A stretch of 64,000 nucleotides of DNA from Heterodontus francisci. Lineage: Eukaryota. Position numbers and translations under genes: made by a program. Below, piece after piece: positions 1-12,277 of the stretch. The stretch covers positions 58,126,430-58,190,429 of the forward strand of contig NC_090399.1 in assembly GCF_036365525.1 (NCBI RefSeq). The letters are read 5' to 3'. Position 1 is the stretch's first letter; each line of letters begins with the position of its first letter. The notes beneath the pieces were generated by a model, which did no database searches, was not told the DNA's origin, and saw nothing but the letters and a program-made list of their open reading frames with translations.

Positions 1-180
1 TCTAAAAATCAATCAATCTCTGCTTTGAATATACTCAATGTCTGAGCATCCACAGCCCTCTGGGGTAGAGAATTCCAGATCCAAAACCCTTTGGGGGAAG
101 AAATTCCTCCTCATCTTAGTCCTAGTTGGTTGACCCTTATTCAGAGACTGTGTCTCCTAGTTCTAGACTCTACAGCTAGT
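1..180 (-). mobile_element. CR1 LINE 3' fragment
   Basis: Reverse complement of the CR1 ORF2 C-terminal region (FF..RV...WNSLP), homologous to other CR1 ends in the window such as 55600-55800. Confidence 0.7.
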
Positions 181-1181
181 GTATATACTTCAGCAGGTGG
201 ATATGTCACTGCAAGATGAAACGTGATAAAATGAGTTTATGAAGAGGACTGGGTGAGATGGGAGGCAGAGCTGCTTCCGAGTACAAAAGCAAAGGCAATT
301 TCCCCTCCAGATTATCAGCAAAATCTTGCCAGACTCAAAACCACTGATGGAGCCTGGCACATTCACAGATCATTTAAAAAACTGGGAGTGTAGATGTTGA
401 AATCAGCTGATACAGTATATTCAGTATGGAATAATATATCAGAATGTATTCAGAATTCAGGCTGGGATTGTGAGTGGTGTTTGTGTTGGGAGAAAGGGAG
501 CAAAGAAGAGGAGATAGTGACACAGAAGGTGAGAAATAGAGATTGCAGAAGAGAGAGGGGAGAAAGGTGATGGAGGTGGAGAGAGGGCCAAGAGACTGAG
601 GCAATGAGAGGGACCAAGAAACAGAGGCAAAATAGTGAGAGGGAATGAGGTGGGAAAGACAAAGTGAAAGAGAGAGAAGTAATAGAGCAGAGAGATGAGA
701 GGCCTTTCTCTAATATTCAGGATAAGCTGCCAGAGGAGTTAGTTTCCCTCTACCTATCCGATCTAATCCTTTTAATCCTCAGAGACCCTTGAAAATATCA
801 CCCCTTAATCTTCTCTGGTCAAGGGGATGCAAGACTCGTCTGTAAAACTTATCCTTATTATTTAAACCTTTCAGCCCGATCTTCATTCTGGTGAATGTAT
901 GTTTCACCCCCTCCAAATCTAAAACATCATTCTTTAGGTGTTAGGTCCAAAACTGTATGTGATGCTCTCAATGGAGTCTTCCATTGACCGATGCAGATGT
1001 AACTCATCCAGTTCCAAGAGTTTATTTTCTCTAATATTTACTGGTATCCTGTCCTTTCTATTCTATATATTTTAATATCTATTTGTAATGCTGTCTAGTT
1101 CACATTGTTAGTCCAGCTGGTAAAAACTGAGGCAAACTAATGAACTCTATCATTACCTGTGAGTTGTTCTCGTACATCCTA

Positions 1182-1545
1182 GGGCGGCACAGTGGCGCAG
1201 TGGTTAGCACCGCAGCCTCACAGCTCCAGGGACCCGGGTTCGATTCTGGGTACTGCCTGTGTGGAGTTTGCAAGTTCTCCCTGTGTCTGCGTGGGTTTTC
1301 TCCGGGTGCTCCGGTTTCCTCCCACAAGCCAAAAGACTTGCAGGTTGGTAGGTAAATTGGCCATTATAAAAAATTGTCACTAGTATAGGTAGGTGGTAGG
1401 GAAATACAGGGGCAGGTGGGGATGTTTGGTAGGAATATGGGATTAGTGTAGGATTAGTATAAATGGGTGGTTGATGGTCGGCACAGACTCGGTGGGCCGA
1501 AGGGCCTGTTTCAGTGCTGTATCTCTAATCTAATCTAATCTAATC
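1182..1545 (+). mobile_element. HE1-like V-SINE (tRNA-derived), full length
   Basis: A box TGGCGCAGTGG, B box GGTTCGATTCT, V-domain gtgtggagtttgc...gggtgctccggtttcctcccaca, CR1-type tail gggccgaagggcctgtttcagtgctgtat and a (TAATC)n end. Confidence 0.92.
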
Positions 1546-2454
1546 CTTCAGTGACTCTGTCCCTATTCTGAATTCCCTTTTATTATTTATATGTGTCTGT
1601 TTGGTACTTTCATATTTTTCATATTCCTTGACTATTTATATTTTCTGCTGTTCTTTGCCTTCATAATTTTTTGACTTCATTCCTAATCTCTTTGATTTCA
1701 TTATTTGTCATCCTCTCCTTTATTGCTAATATATTAGGTACATGATTTTTACTTTAGTTTCAATTTTGTACTTATCCCTTTATTCGTCCCTAGTGATTCA
1801 TAAAAGGCCAATCTGTTCTTTTTGAGTGGAATATATTTCTGCTGAAGTCTATTGGTCACCTTTTTAATAATTCTCCAGCACTGTTCTCTCTCTTTGTTAA
1901 TATTCTGTTCCAGTTAATCTTCACCAGTTGCAATTTCAACTCCCAAAAATCAGCTTTTTCTAATCGATTATTTTTGGCTTTTCTTACTGATATCGATCTG
2001 AATCATTGCCTTAAAGCTTATTATGTTGTCATTGATATTGCCTCAATTCTCACCCAAGTTTACTTTTCATATCTGCTCTGGTTTATTTTCAGTGACTGGA
2101 TCCACCCTTGGTGAACTTTGATCTACTGGGTAGGAATTGTGTCCTGAACACACTGTAAATACTCCATTACCTTTTCCCCTTTCTCTACATCTTCTTCCCA
2201 CATCATTGCTGGAGTTGACATTTCCCATGATTTTTCTGCTATAAATTTTTCTTATTTCAGAGCTTTGCTACATAATTTCCACGAATCCCCTTCTACTATT
2301 AGGTAGTTTGTACAATGGCCTTTTCCCTGTTTTTTAACCTGACTGTGATCCACACTCCCCGAGGCATTTGTGCCCAATATGGAAATACACTCAGCACATC
2401 AGCAGCAACTGGCTGACAATTATTCAAACATTTAAGATGAATTTGGAAGTTATT

Positions 2455-2858
2455 TTTTATTCATTCATGGGATGTGGGCATCACTGGCCGGGCCAGCATT
2501 TATTGCCCGTCCCTAATTACCCTTGAGAAGGTGGTGTGGTTGTGGCTTTCTTGAACTGCTGCAGTCAATGTGGGGTAGGTGCACCCACAGTGATGTTAGG
2601 CATTCCTTTTTATTGACTTCGTAGCGGTTAGATACAACTGAGTGACTTGCTAGGCCATTTCAGAGGGCATGTAAGGGTTAACCACATTGCTGTGGGTCTG
2701 GAGTCACATGTAGGCCAGACCAGGTAAGAACAGCAGATTTCCTTCCCGAAAGGACATTATTGACCCAGATGGGTTTTTACAACAATTGACAATGGTTTCA
2801 TGGTCATCATTAGATTCCAGATTCAGAAATTAAATTCAAATTTCACCATCTGCTATGT
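2455..2858 (-). mobile_element. Internally deleted copy of the tRNA-headed LINE (5' UTR joined to LINE 3' end)
   Basis: 2601-2858 matches 11924-12190. 2455-2600 read on the - strand gives PNITVGAPTPH*LQQFKKA, an ORF2 C-terminus-like stretch, and ends in a tgaatgaataa tail. Confidence 0.8.
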
Positions 2859-2859
2859 A

Positions 2860-4893
2860 GGGAAGTAAAGACAGGGCTCACCGCAGTCCCGCTCGGTCTT
2901 CAGGAGAAAAGCCTCCGGCATGTGTACTCCTTCCGCCGCCAGTTATTTATGCAGCTGGTGTGGGAGGAGGTCACAGATGGCCATTTCAATGTAGAGTACC
3001 AGGGGAAGACCTACCGAATCTTCTGCTCCGTGGACGAGGTGCGGTGCCATGTCTGCAAGGGGGTGGGGAATGTTTGTAAGAAATGCCCCAACCTCCCGGC
3101 TACCAACTCCACCTCGGCGGCCCAGGGTGGCACCGCTGCACCTCCTCCCACTCCCCCTACACCTCCTAAAGATTCCGCTCAATCGGTTCCAGATGGTGTG
3201 GTTTTCACGGCCTCCGGTGGGGTGGGGGGGCGGTGTGCCCGTCCGAGTGGAAGGAAGGCGTGGAGGAAAATTAAACACCGAGAAGTGCGTCCCCTGGACA
3301 CCATGACACAACCCGAGCCTCGGCTCAGCTCAAGGCCCGCTCACGGGAAATCCACCTGCCCCAGGGCTGGGCTCAGGCCCAGGGTGACCAGGCAAAAGGA
3401 GGTTGTGGAGGCGAAGGCCCCTGATGACGTGGAGGTCTCTGCGCCTCTGCACCCCAGTAGGAAAAAGAGGAGAAGGCACCCCTCCACGGAGGTAAATCAG
3501 GGCCCTGTGGAGCAGGACCCATCTGTTGGAGGGGAGCTGTCTCCTGGTTCAGGTCCCCAGGTTCCCCCTGCCACCACCACCATCAAGGCTGTAAAGCCTG
3601 GGCAGGAGCTCCCTGGCCCTCAGGATGGAGGGGAGGGGGAAGCTCCTGTACATGCAGCCCCTCCTGAAGGAGCAAGTGGAGCCCTGCTTGTGGTGGGGGA
3701 GCCTGGGGACGTCTCCCTTTCTGTCACTGGGTCGGGTGTCCGGAATGGAGAGGAGGACAAGGCCCCAAAGGGTCGGCACTCCCAGCCGAAATCCACACTC
3801 AATCAGGACATGCCAGACCCAGTGATAGTTGAAAATGATGCCCCGTCTGCTGGGCCTGTGGACACAGGCAGGGCAGGAGATGACATCCTCTCTCCACCTC
3901 TGGTCTCGGCTCCGGCTGTATTTCTGGAGTCGGGAACTTCCGTCTCCCCTGGAACGCTCATTGGCCTGGGGACGGAGGTGGAGGGGGGTCCTGAACCATT
4001 GGCGCCCAAAGGCTCCAGTGTCACAGTAGAACCCAGAGAGGACTCCTCCGCCATCGATCCTGGGGGTGGGATCGTGACAGAGGCGGAACCAGCTGGCTCA
4101 GCAGGATGTCCGTTCCACAGTGTGTGGTGGGTGTGTCGGCTGCTGGCGGTGACGACCCAGAGGAGGATAGGGACTCGATGTGGGGCACGGAGGACTATCT
4201 TGATTCCATCACCAGTGAGGTGATGGAGTCCCTCGTGCCTCCCACTGAGTCTCCTCTCATCCCCACAGCGAAACTCCGAGATTTTCTCGCAGCATGCAGG
4301 GGTTGCCGCAATAAAGTTAAGCTGGTCCTCGGCCGTTGGTTGAATCTGGCGCTATTCATCCGGTCTGTCCGTGCCACCCTCCAGAAAGTGGGGAAGGGCA
4401 CGGGCATGAGAGGCACCGGTTTAAAGCGTTCCTCAATGGGTTGCAGGAGGAGTGGAAGGCCAGGTGCACTTCCACTGCCTCCTCACAGTGAGGTGTTGGT
4501 GATGGTTTTTAACTACCTTTGACATGAAGATAACCATAGCCAGCCTCAACATCAATGGCAGCAGGGGGTCTCACCGCAGATTTCACAATCTCTCAGTCCT
4601 CAGGGAAGGGAGATACGCAGTGAGCTTTCTGCAGGAAATCCACACCGTTCCGGGAGACGTAGCCACCTGGCCCCTGGAGTGGCAGGGTGGGGTCTGCATG
4701 AGTCACCTCACCCCTATTTCTAGTGGGGTGGCTATCTTGTTGGCCCCGACTTTTCAGCCAGGAATCTTGGGGGTCAAGGAGCTGGTGCTGGGCTGCTTGC
4801 TCCACCTCGCTGTTCGCCTGGGGAGTGTGCCGCTCCACTATGTGAAACTGGACGCGCCCAGGCCCGGAGCATTGCAAGTGCGCTTCTTTGAAC
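2860..4893 (+). mobile_element. Tx1-clade (L1 group) LINE, 5' part: ORF1 plus start of ORF2 endonuclease, decayed
   Basis: ORF1 has a degenerate zinc knuckle (CHVCKGVGNVCKKCP) and a low-complexity tail. ORF2 starts at 4524 with MKITIASLNING...FLQEIH...SSGVAILL, which are APE motifs. Confidence 0.85.
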
Positions 4894-4904
4894 ACTGTGA
4901 TACC

Positions 4905-5865
4905 AACCCCTGGTCTATCATCTCTCTGTGTTTATAAACACTGAGTGTACATCACCCTGTGTTCACACTGTGAGGCCTCCCCTGGTCGATCATCTCTCTG
5001 TGTTTGTAAACACTGAGTGCACATCACCCTGTGTTCACACTGTGAGGCCTCCCCTGGTCTATCATCTCTCTGTGTTTATAAACACTGAGTGCACATCACC
5101 CTGTGTTCACACTGTGAGGCCTCCCCTGGTCTATCATCTCTCTGTGTTTATAAACATTGAGTGTACATCACCCTGTGTTCGCACAGTGAGGCCTCCCCTG
5201 GTCGATCATCTCTCTGTGTTTGTAAACACTGAGTGCACATCACCCTGTGTTCGCACTGTGAGGCCTCCCCTGGTCTATCATCTCTCTGTGTTTGTAAACA
5301 CTGAGTGCACATCACCCTGTGTTCGCACTGTGAGGCCTCCCCTGGTCGATCATCTCTCTGTGTTTGTAAACACTGAGTGCACATCACCCTGTGTTCGCAC
5401 TGTGAGGCCTCCCCTGGTCTATCATCTCTCTGTGTTTATAAACACTGAGTGCACATCACCCTGTGTTCGCACTGTGAGGCCTCCCCTTGTCGATCATCTC
5501 TCTGTGTTCGTAAACACTGAGTGCACATCACCCTGTGTTCGCACTGTGAGGCCTCCCCTGGTCTATCATCTTTCTGCGTTTATAAACACTGAGTGTACAT
5601 CACACAGTGTTCACACTGTGAGGCCACCCCTGGTCTATCATCTCTCTGTGTTTATAAACACGGAGTGTACATCACCCTGTGTTCACACTGTGAGGTCTCC
5701 CCTGGTCGATTATCTCTCTGTGTTTATAAACACTGAGTGTACATCACCCTGTGTTCACACTGTGAGGTCTCCCCTGGTCGATCATCTCTCTGTGTTTATA
5801 AACACTAAGTGTACATCACCCTGTGTTCACACTGTGAGGTCTCCCCTGGTCGATCATCTCTCTGT
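4905..5865. repeat. 72-bp minisatellite, about 13 copies; degenerate copies continue at 6255-6460
   Basis: Unit tgtgtttataaacactgagtgtacatcaccctgtgttcacactgtgaggcctcccctggtcgatcatctctc, giving 24-aa periodicity in ORF 4928-5905. Confidence 0.95.
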
Positions 5866-5884
5866 TTTATTTATTTGTATTTTT

Positions 5885-6250
5885 GTGGAATGTGGGCATC
5901 ACTGACTAGACCAGCATTTATTGTTGTTGTACTGAGTGTCTTGCTGGGCCATTTCAGTGGCCATTTACAATTCAACCACATTGCTGTGTGTCTGGAGTCA
6001 CATGTCAGCCAGACCGAGTAAGGACGGCAGATTTCCTTCTGTAAAGGACATTAGTGAACCAAATGGGTTTTTATAACAATCGATAATGGTTTCATGGTCA
6101 CCATTAGACCAGCTTTTAATTCCAGATTTATAAATTGAATTTAAACTTCACCATCTGTCATGGTGGGATTCGAACCCCATGCCTCCAGAGCATTAGCCTG
6201 GTCTCTGGATTACTAGTCCAGTGACATAACCACTACACCACCACCTCCCT
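5885..6250 (-). mobile_element. tRNA-headed SINE-like element (short derivative of the LINE at 11379-12275)
   Basis: Same head (A box-like TGGTGTAGTGG, B box GGTTCGAATCC) and body as 11960-12275, joined to the same gatgcccacatt/cccat tail as 2455-2510. It sits inside the 72-bp array. Confidence 0.85.
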
Positions 6251-6461
6251 CATTTATGTGTATGTTTATAAACATTGTGTATATTTCACACTGTGTTCAC
6301 ACAGTGAGGCCTCCCCCAATCCATCATCTCTGTGTTGATAAACAGTGAAGTGCATTGCACTGTTTGCTCGCACTGTGAGGCCTCCCCCAGTCCATCATCT
6401 CTGTGTTGATAAACAGTGAAGTGCATTGCACTGTGTGCTCACACTGTGAGGCCTCCCCTTG

Positions 6462-7958
6462 CTTCACATCGGCCTGGACAGTCCGTGTACCTATTTAACA
6501 GTCTGTTGCACGGGACTGCCCTGTGCAGCACCCTGCACCCCGATGTAAAGGGTGAAGTTTCCCACGTAGAGAGACCTCCACGGGGTTTCCCCTCACCCCC
6601 AGCTGGTAATAAGGGTCGCAAAAGCATGTCCAGGTGGCAGACGAGGGTGAGGAAGTGGAGAGTGAGCAGGAGCAGCCCGTACAGGAAACCCCTCCGCGTG
6701 GTGTGGAATGGCACAGAGGGCATTTTCGAGAGGTGGCTCAGGTTGTGCGGGACAGGCTCCCGAGGAGGGTTTCGGTGCCCCGGACCGATGAGCAGTTCTG
6801 GCTGAGCGGGGGTCAGCTCGGCTGGGAGTGCTCCATACTCCCGAGCCCCAATGTCACCCACAGTGAGGGGTGTGCCGGGGGCTTCAGCTACCCCTCCACC
6901 CGTCGGTCCATCCCCAGAGCTGGCTGACCCGACAGCCAAGGCCCGTTCCTCTGCCAGCAGGTGGGTGCCCCGACTGGAGGTGACCATGTTCCAGACTCTG
7001 AATAGATCGCAGTAAAAGACAGGCAACTCCCTCAGGGAGGCGGAGCTAACATTCCCCACCGAGAGCTGTGTGTTGTCTTGAAGGCAGTGCCCCTGGCAGA
7101 AAAAAAACAAGACCAGTGCATACAATCTGGGAGGACACTCGACATACAGGTATCTCTGCGGGGTCTGAAGGTGGAGAGTCGCAGTCTGGTGCGGACGCAC
7201 ACCAGCGACTGGCCGCCCTCCGCAATCGGGAGACACAGGACCGCGGCAGAGACCCAGAGTTTTCTCTTGCTCCAGAAGAAATTGACGAGCTTCTTCTGAA
7301 TCTTGGTGGCAATGCAGGGGACAGGACCAAAGTGACCAATCGGTATCACAACATTGAGGCCACCAGCTGGTTTATGACCAGTGCTCGTCCCCTGTAGGAA
7401 AGCATTCAGAGCAGTCCTGTCCAGAGCCCTAACCCAGTAATGGCTGTCGCTTCCAACTCCTCCCAGTTTGCCAGCCAGGATTCCTCAGTGGGGCTAAGGT
7501 GGACTCCCAAATAGAGGAAGTGCGTGGTCTCCATGCAAAACTCATTAACTCCTCCAGCAGGGGCTCCACCCGCCACTGACCCACCAGGAGACCTGAACAT
7601 TTTCCCCATTTGATCCTCACAGAGGATGAGGCATAAAAAGTCTGATGTCAGTCGTGCATCCTCCGCAAGTCAATGGGATTTGTGACCGCGAGGAGCACAT
7701 CTTCGACGTAAGCTGAGAGGACGACCCACATGCGCGGCCTGCTCAGAGCCAAACCTGTCAATCTACTGCGAAGCAGGCACAGGAATGGCTCCACACAGAT
7801 GGGAGATAATTGGCTGGACATGGGACATCCCTGAGATACTCCTCTACCAAAGCGAAGGAGTGCCATCAAGGACCTGTTAACTTTGATCAGACACTCTGCC
7901 ACGGCGTACAAAAGTCAGACCTGGGCCACAAAATGTGGCCTGTGTCCGAACTGTGGGA
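6462..7958 (-). mobile_element. Tx1-clade LINE ORF2 3' part (RT and C-terminal region), decayed
   Basis: RGVSQGCPMS...SAYVEDV (RT motifs QG and YADD-like), YLGVHL, IQKKLVNFFW...LPIAEGGQSL, and RVLHRAVPCNRLL. Confidence 0.85.
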
Positions 7959-8886
7959 TCGAAATGCCTCCCCCTCAACTGGACTTTGTACAGTATGGGG
8001 AAGGTATCCCAACCCCCTTGGACACTAGTACTGTGAGCCAAAGAGCCAAACCTCAGCGCAAAGCACACAGAGGCAGGCTGCATTCCTGTGGGTCAATTTA
8101 CAAACATTCCAACATCACAACAGAACTGATACTGTGAAAGGACTGGAATTTGGGACATTATTATAACAGTGACACAAGAGAACTGCCATCATGTTAATTG
8201 ATTGGGAAAGCCATTGTTACAACTAGCCGACCCCAGAGCACAGCATTCACTCCTGTCAAGACAGGAGAGAAACCTCTTTCATGGATATTAGCTTTGGAGC
8301 CTGGATTACCTCACCTTGGTGGAATTCATTGTTCTCGGTCAGGGAAATCACATCAGCACTAAATGGATGTGTCTGGACCAGGCAGGTAACAGAGGAAAAG
8401 GATTAAAAGGTGCTAAGTGCTGACCATCCAGCAGGATGGCTTCAGGAGATGTGAGGATTATAAATTATCAGCCAAATCCAAGGGGTATTTGAGGCTGAGA
8501 GTTTTAAAACAATTTTAAGTGTAGCAACCAAATCCTGGGAGGGTTTGGGTTTTGAATTGAGTGAATTTGGGGCAGAAACGTGGAATTTTGCCTGTGTTTG
8601 TTTTTCTAAAAGGTTTATTTTATAAGTTATGGTGACCTGTGTGTTTGGGTGAGCGCTGAGGGTGAAATCGTGGAGGGATTTAAATCTGACTAACCAATCA
8701 AGGTGTCGTACGGTGTCCTTTAAATTAGTTTAGAAGTCTTTGTAACAGGGTGTTCGGAGGGTTTTTGTTTTTTTAAATAAACAAATTTGTGGTTCAGCCT
8801 AATCCTGTGTCGTGTGCAATTTTGTTCTTGTCATTCCCAAATTCCAAGAACTGTAGTAAGGGGGTACGGGAACGGAACCTCTTACA

Positions 8887-10685
8887 ATCCTGGTGAATCT
8901 CAGCTGCACCCTCTCCAGTTCAATCACATCCTTCATATAGTGTGGTGACCAGAACTGTACACAGTACTCCTGCTGTGGCCTGACTAGCGTTTTATACAGC
9001 TCCATCATAACCTCCCTGCTCTTCTATTCTATGCCTTGGCCAAATAATGCAAGTATCCCTTATTACCTTATCTACCTGTGCTGTTGCGTTCAGTGATCTA
9101 TGGGCAAGTACACAAAGGTCCCTCTGACCCTCTGTTCTTCCTAGGGACCTAGCATCCATTGTATATTCCCATGACTTGTTAGTCCTCCCAAAATGCATCA
9201 CCTCGCACTTCTCAGGATTAAATTCCATTTGCCACTGCTCTGCCCATCTTACCGGCCCATCTATATCATCCTGTAATCTAAGACTTTCCTCCTCACTATT
9301 TACGACACCACCAATTTTAGTGTTATCTGCGAACTTACTGATCATACCTCCTATATTCATGTCTAAATCATTAATGTACACGACAAACAGCACAAATAGC
9401 ACGATCCCTGCGGTACATAACTGGTCACAGGCTTCCAATCACAAAACACCAATCCACCAACACCCTCTGCCTCCTGCACGGAGTCAATTTTGGATCCAGT
9501 TTGCCAAATTGCCCTGGATCCCATGGGCTCTTATCTTCTTGAATAATCTCCCATGCGGGACCTTATCAAAAGCCTTACTGAAGTCCACGTATACTACATC
9601 AACTACTTTACCCTTATCTACACATCTAATCACCTCCTCGAAAAATTCAGTCAGATTTCTTAGACATGATCTCCCCGACAAAGCCGTGCTGACTATTCTT
9701 GATTAATTCCTGCCTCTCCAAGTGGAGATTAATCCTGTCCCTCAGAATATTTTCCAATAGTTTCCCTACCACTGATGTTAGACTCACTGGCCTGTAATTA
9801 CCTGGTTTATCCCTACTACCTTTCTTGAATAATGATACCACATTCACTGTCCTCCAGTCCTCTGGCAACTCTCCTGTGGCTAGAGAGGATTTGAAAATTT
9901 GTGTCAGAGCCTCCGAAATATCCTCCCTTGCCTCACATAGCAGCCTGGTATACATCTCATCTGGGCCTGGGGATTTATCCACTTTTAAGCCCGCTAAAAC
10001 CACTAATACCTCCTCCCTTTCAGTGCTAATTTGTTCAAGTATATCAAATCCTCCTCCACTTACATCATCCTTCTCCATAGTGAACACAGATGAAAAGTAA
10101 TCATTCAAAGCCTCACCTATGTTCTCCAGCTCCACATACAAATTGCCACTTTGTAATGGGCCCTACTCTTTCCCTGGTTATCCTCTTGCCCTTAATGTAC
10201 TTATAAAACACCTTAGGATTTTCCTTTATCTTGCACACCAGTGTTTTTTCATGCCCCCTCTCCTAATTACTTTTTTAAGTACGCCTCTACACTTTCTAAA
10301 CTCCTCTAGGGCCTCTGCTGTTTTCCACCCTCTGAATTTGCCATAAGCCTCCTTTTTTTTCTCATCCAATCCTCTTTCCCCCTTGACATCCAGGGTTCCC
10401 TGGACCTGTTGGTCCTACCCTTCACCTTTACTGGAACATGTTGGCCCTGAACTCTCACTATTTCCTTTTTGACTGATTCCCACTGGTCTGATGTCGACTT
10501 TCCTACAAGTAGATGCTCCCAGTCCACTTTGGCCAGATCCTGTTTTATCATATTGAAATCGGCCTTCCCCCAATTCAGTACCTTTATTTCCGGTCCATCT
10601 TTGCCATTTTCCATAACTACCTTAAATCGTACAGAGTTATGGTCACTATCACCGTAATGTCCTCCCACTGACACTTCTACCACTT
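8887..10685 (-). mobile_element. CR1 LINE ORF2 fragment (end of APE through RT), frameshifted
   Basis: SDHNSV, KSPGPDEM, NYRPVSLTSVVGKLLE, DFSKAFDKVPH, FADNTKIGG, LYKTLVRPQQEYCVQFWSP. Confidence 0.93.
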
Positions 10686-10689
10686 GTTA

Positions 10690-11378
10690 TGGAACAAAGG
10701 CAAACAGTATGTTAATAGTGTGGTGAAAGACATAACGTTACTAGAGAGAGAGTGTTAATTGACAGAAACATAGAACAACCTGGCCCAAAGCACAAACATG
10801 ACAAAAATAAGTGGGTAGGCACATGGTAAAAAAAAATGAATTATGAAACAAAATTAAATAAAATAAACAAATAAAAAGAAAGAAAATAGCTGAAAATAAA
10901 AAGTGGGGCCCGTCATGCTCTGAAATTATTGAACTCAATGTTCAGTCCGGCAGGCTGTAGCGTGCCTAATCGGTAAATGAAATGCTGTTTCTCGAGCTTG
11001 CATTGATGTTCACTGGAACACTGCAGCAAGCCCAGGACAGATATATAGACATGAGAGCAGGGGGTGTGTGTTGAAATGCCCAGCAACCGGAAGCTCAGGG
11101 TCATGCTTTTGGACTGAGCGGAGGTATTCTGCAAAGCCGTCACCCAGTCTGCATTTGGTCTCCCCAATATAGTGAAGACTACATTGTGAGCAGTGAATAC
11201 AGTATACTACATTGAAAGAAGTACAAGCTGCATCACCCGAAAGGCGTATTTCGGGCCTTGAATAATGAGGAGAGAGGAGGTGAATGGGCAGGTATTACAC
11301 CTCCTGCGAATGCAGGGGAAGGTGCCATGGGAAGGGGACGAGGTGTCGGAGGTAATAGAGGAGTGGCCCAGGGTGTCC
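10690..11378 (-). mobile_element. Penelope-like element 3' fragment (GIY-YIG endonuclease region)
   Basis: GTFPCIRRRCNTCP Cys linker and CKLEKQHFIYRLGTLQPAGLNIEF, typical of the PLE endonuclease C-terminus. Confidence 0.85.
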
Positions 11379-12275
11379 GCCAGCTCGGTCAGTAGTGGTG
11401 TTACCGAACCACTCTTGCTGATGGACATTGAAGTCCCCCACCCAGAGTACATTTTGTGCCCTTGCCACCCTCAGTGCTTACTCCAAATGGTGTTCAACAT
11501 GGTGGAGTACTGAGTCATCAGCTGAGGGAGGGCGGTAGGTGGTAATCTGTCGGAGGTTACCTTGTCCATGTTTGACCTGATGCCATGAGACTTCATGGGG
11601 TCCGGAGTCGATGTTAAGGACTCCCAGGACAACTCCCTCCTGACTGTATACCACTGTCCCGCCACCTCTGCTGGATCTGTCCTGCCGATGGGACAGGACA
11701 TACCCGGGGATGGTGATGGCAGTGTCTGGGACATTGTCTGTAAGGTATGATTCCGTGAGTATGACTATGTCAGGCTGTTGCTTGACTAGTCTGTGGGACA
11801 GCTCTCCCAACTTTGGCACAAGCCCCCAGATGTTAGTAAGGAGGACTTTGCAGGGTCGACAGGGCTGGGTTTGCTGTTGTCGTTTCCGGTGCCTTGGTCG
11901 ATGCCGGGTGGTCCGTCCGGTTTCATTCCTTTTTATTGACTTCGTAGCGGTTAGGTACAACTGAGTGTCTTGCTAGGCCATTTCAGAGGGCATGTAAGAG
12001 TTAACCACATTGCTGTGGGTCTGGAGTCACATGTAGGCCAGACCAGGTAAAGACAGCAGATTTCCTTCCCTAAAGGACATTAGTGAACCAGATGGGTTTT
12101 TACAACAATTGACAATGGTTTCATGGCCATCATTAGACTAGCTTTTAATTCCAGATTTATTAATTAAATTAACATTCCACCTTCTGCTGTGGTGGGATTC
12201 GAACCCATGTCCCCAGAGAAATACCATGGGTTTCTGGATTACTAGTCCAGAGATAATACCACTACGCCACCGCCT
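11379..12275 (-). mobile_element. LINE 5' part: tRNA-like head directly followed by an APE endonuclease ORF
   Basis: A box (12259-12269) and B box (12195-12205) on the - strand, then VLLTNIWGL...DIVILTESYL...IPGY...DRSSRGGG...TYRPP and WVGDFNVH, which are APE motifs of CR1/L2-group type. Confidence 0.85.
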
Positions 12276-12277
12276 AC

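Noticed and set aside
1182-1260. tRNA gene (also 12190-12275 and 18340-18420)
   Set aside because: The A/B boxes belong to SINE/LINE heads that continue into element bodies, and no complete cloverleaf or terminator is evident.
4928-5905. 325-aa Cys/His repeat ORF resembling zinc fingers
   Set aside because: It is a 72-bp minisatellite. The spacing does not fit C2H2 or another known finger, and units are near-identical at DNA level.
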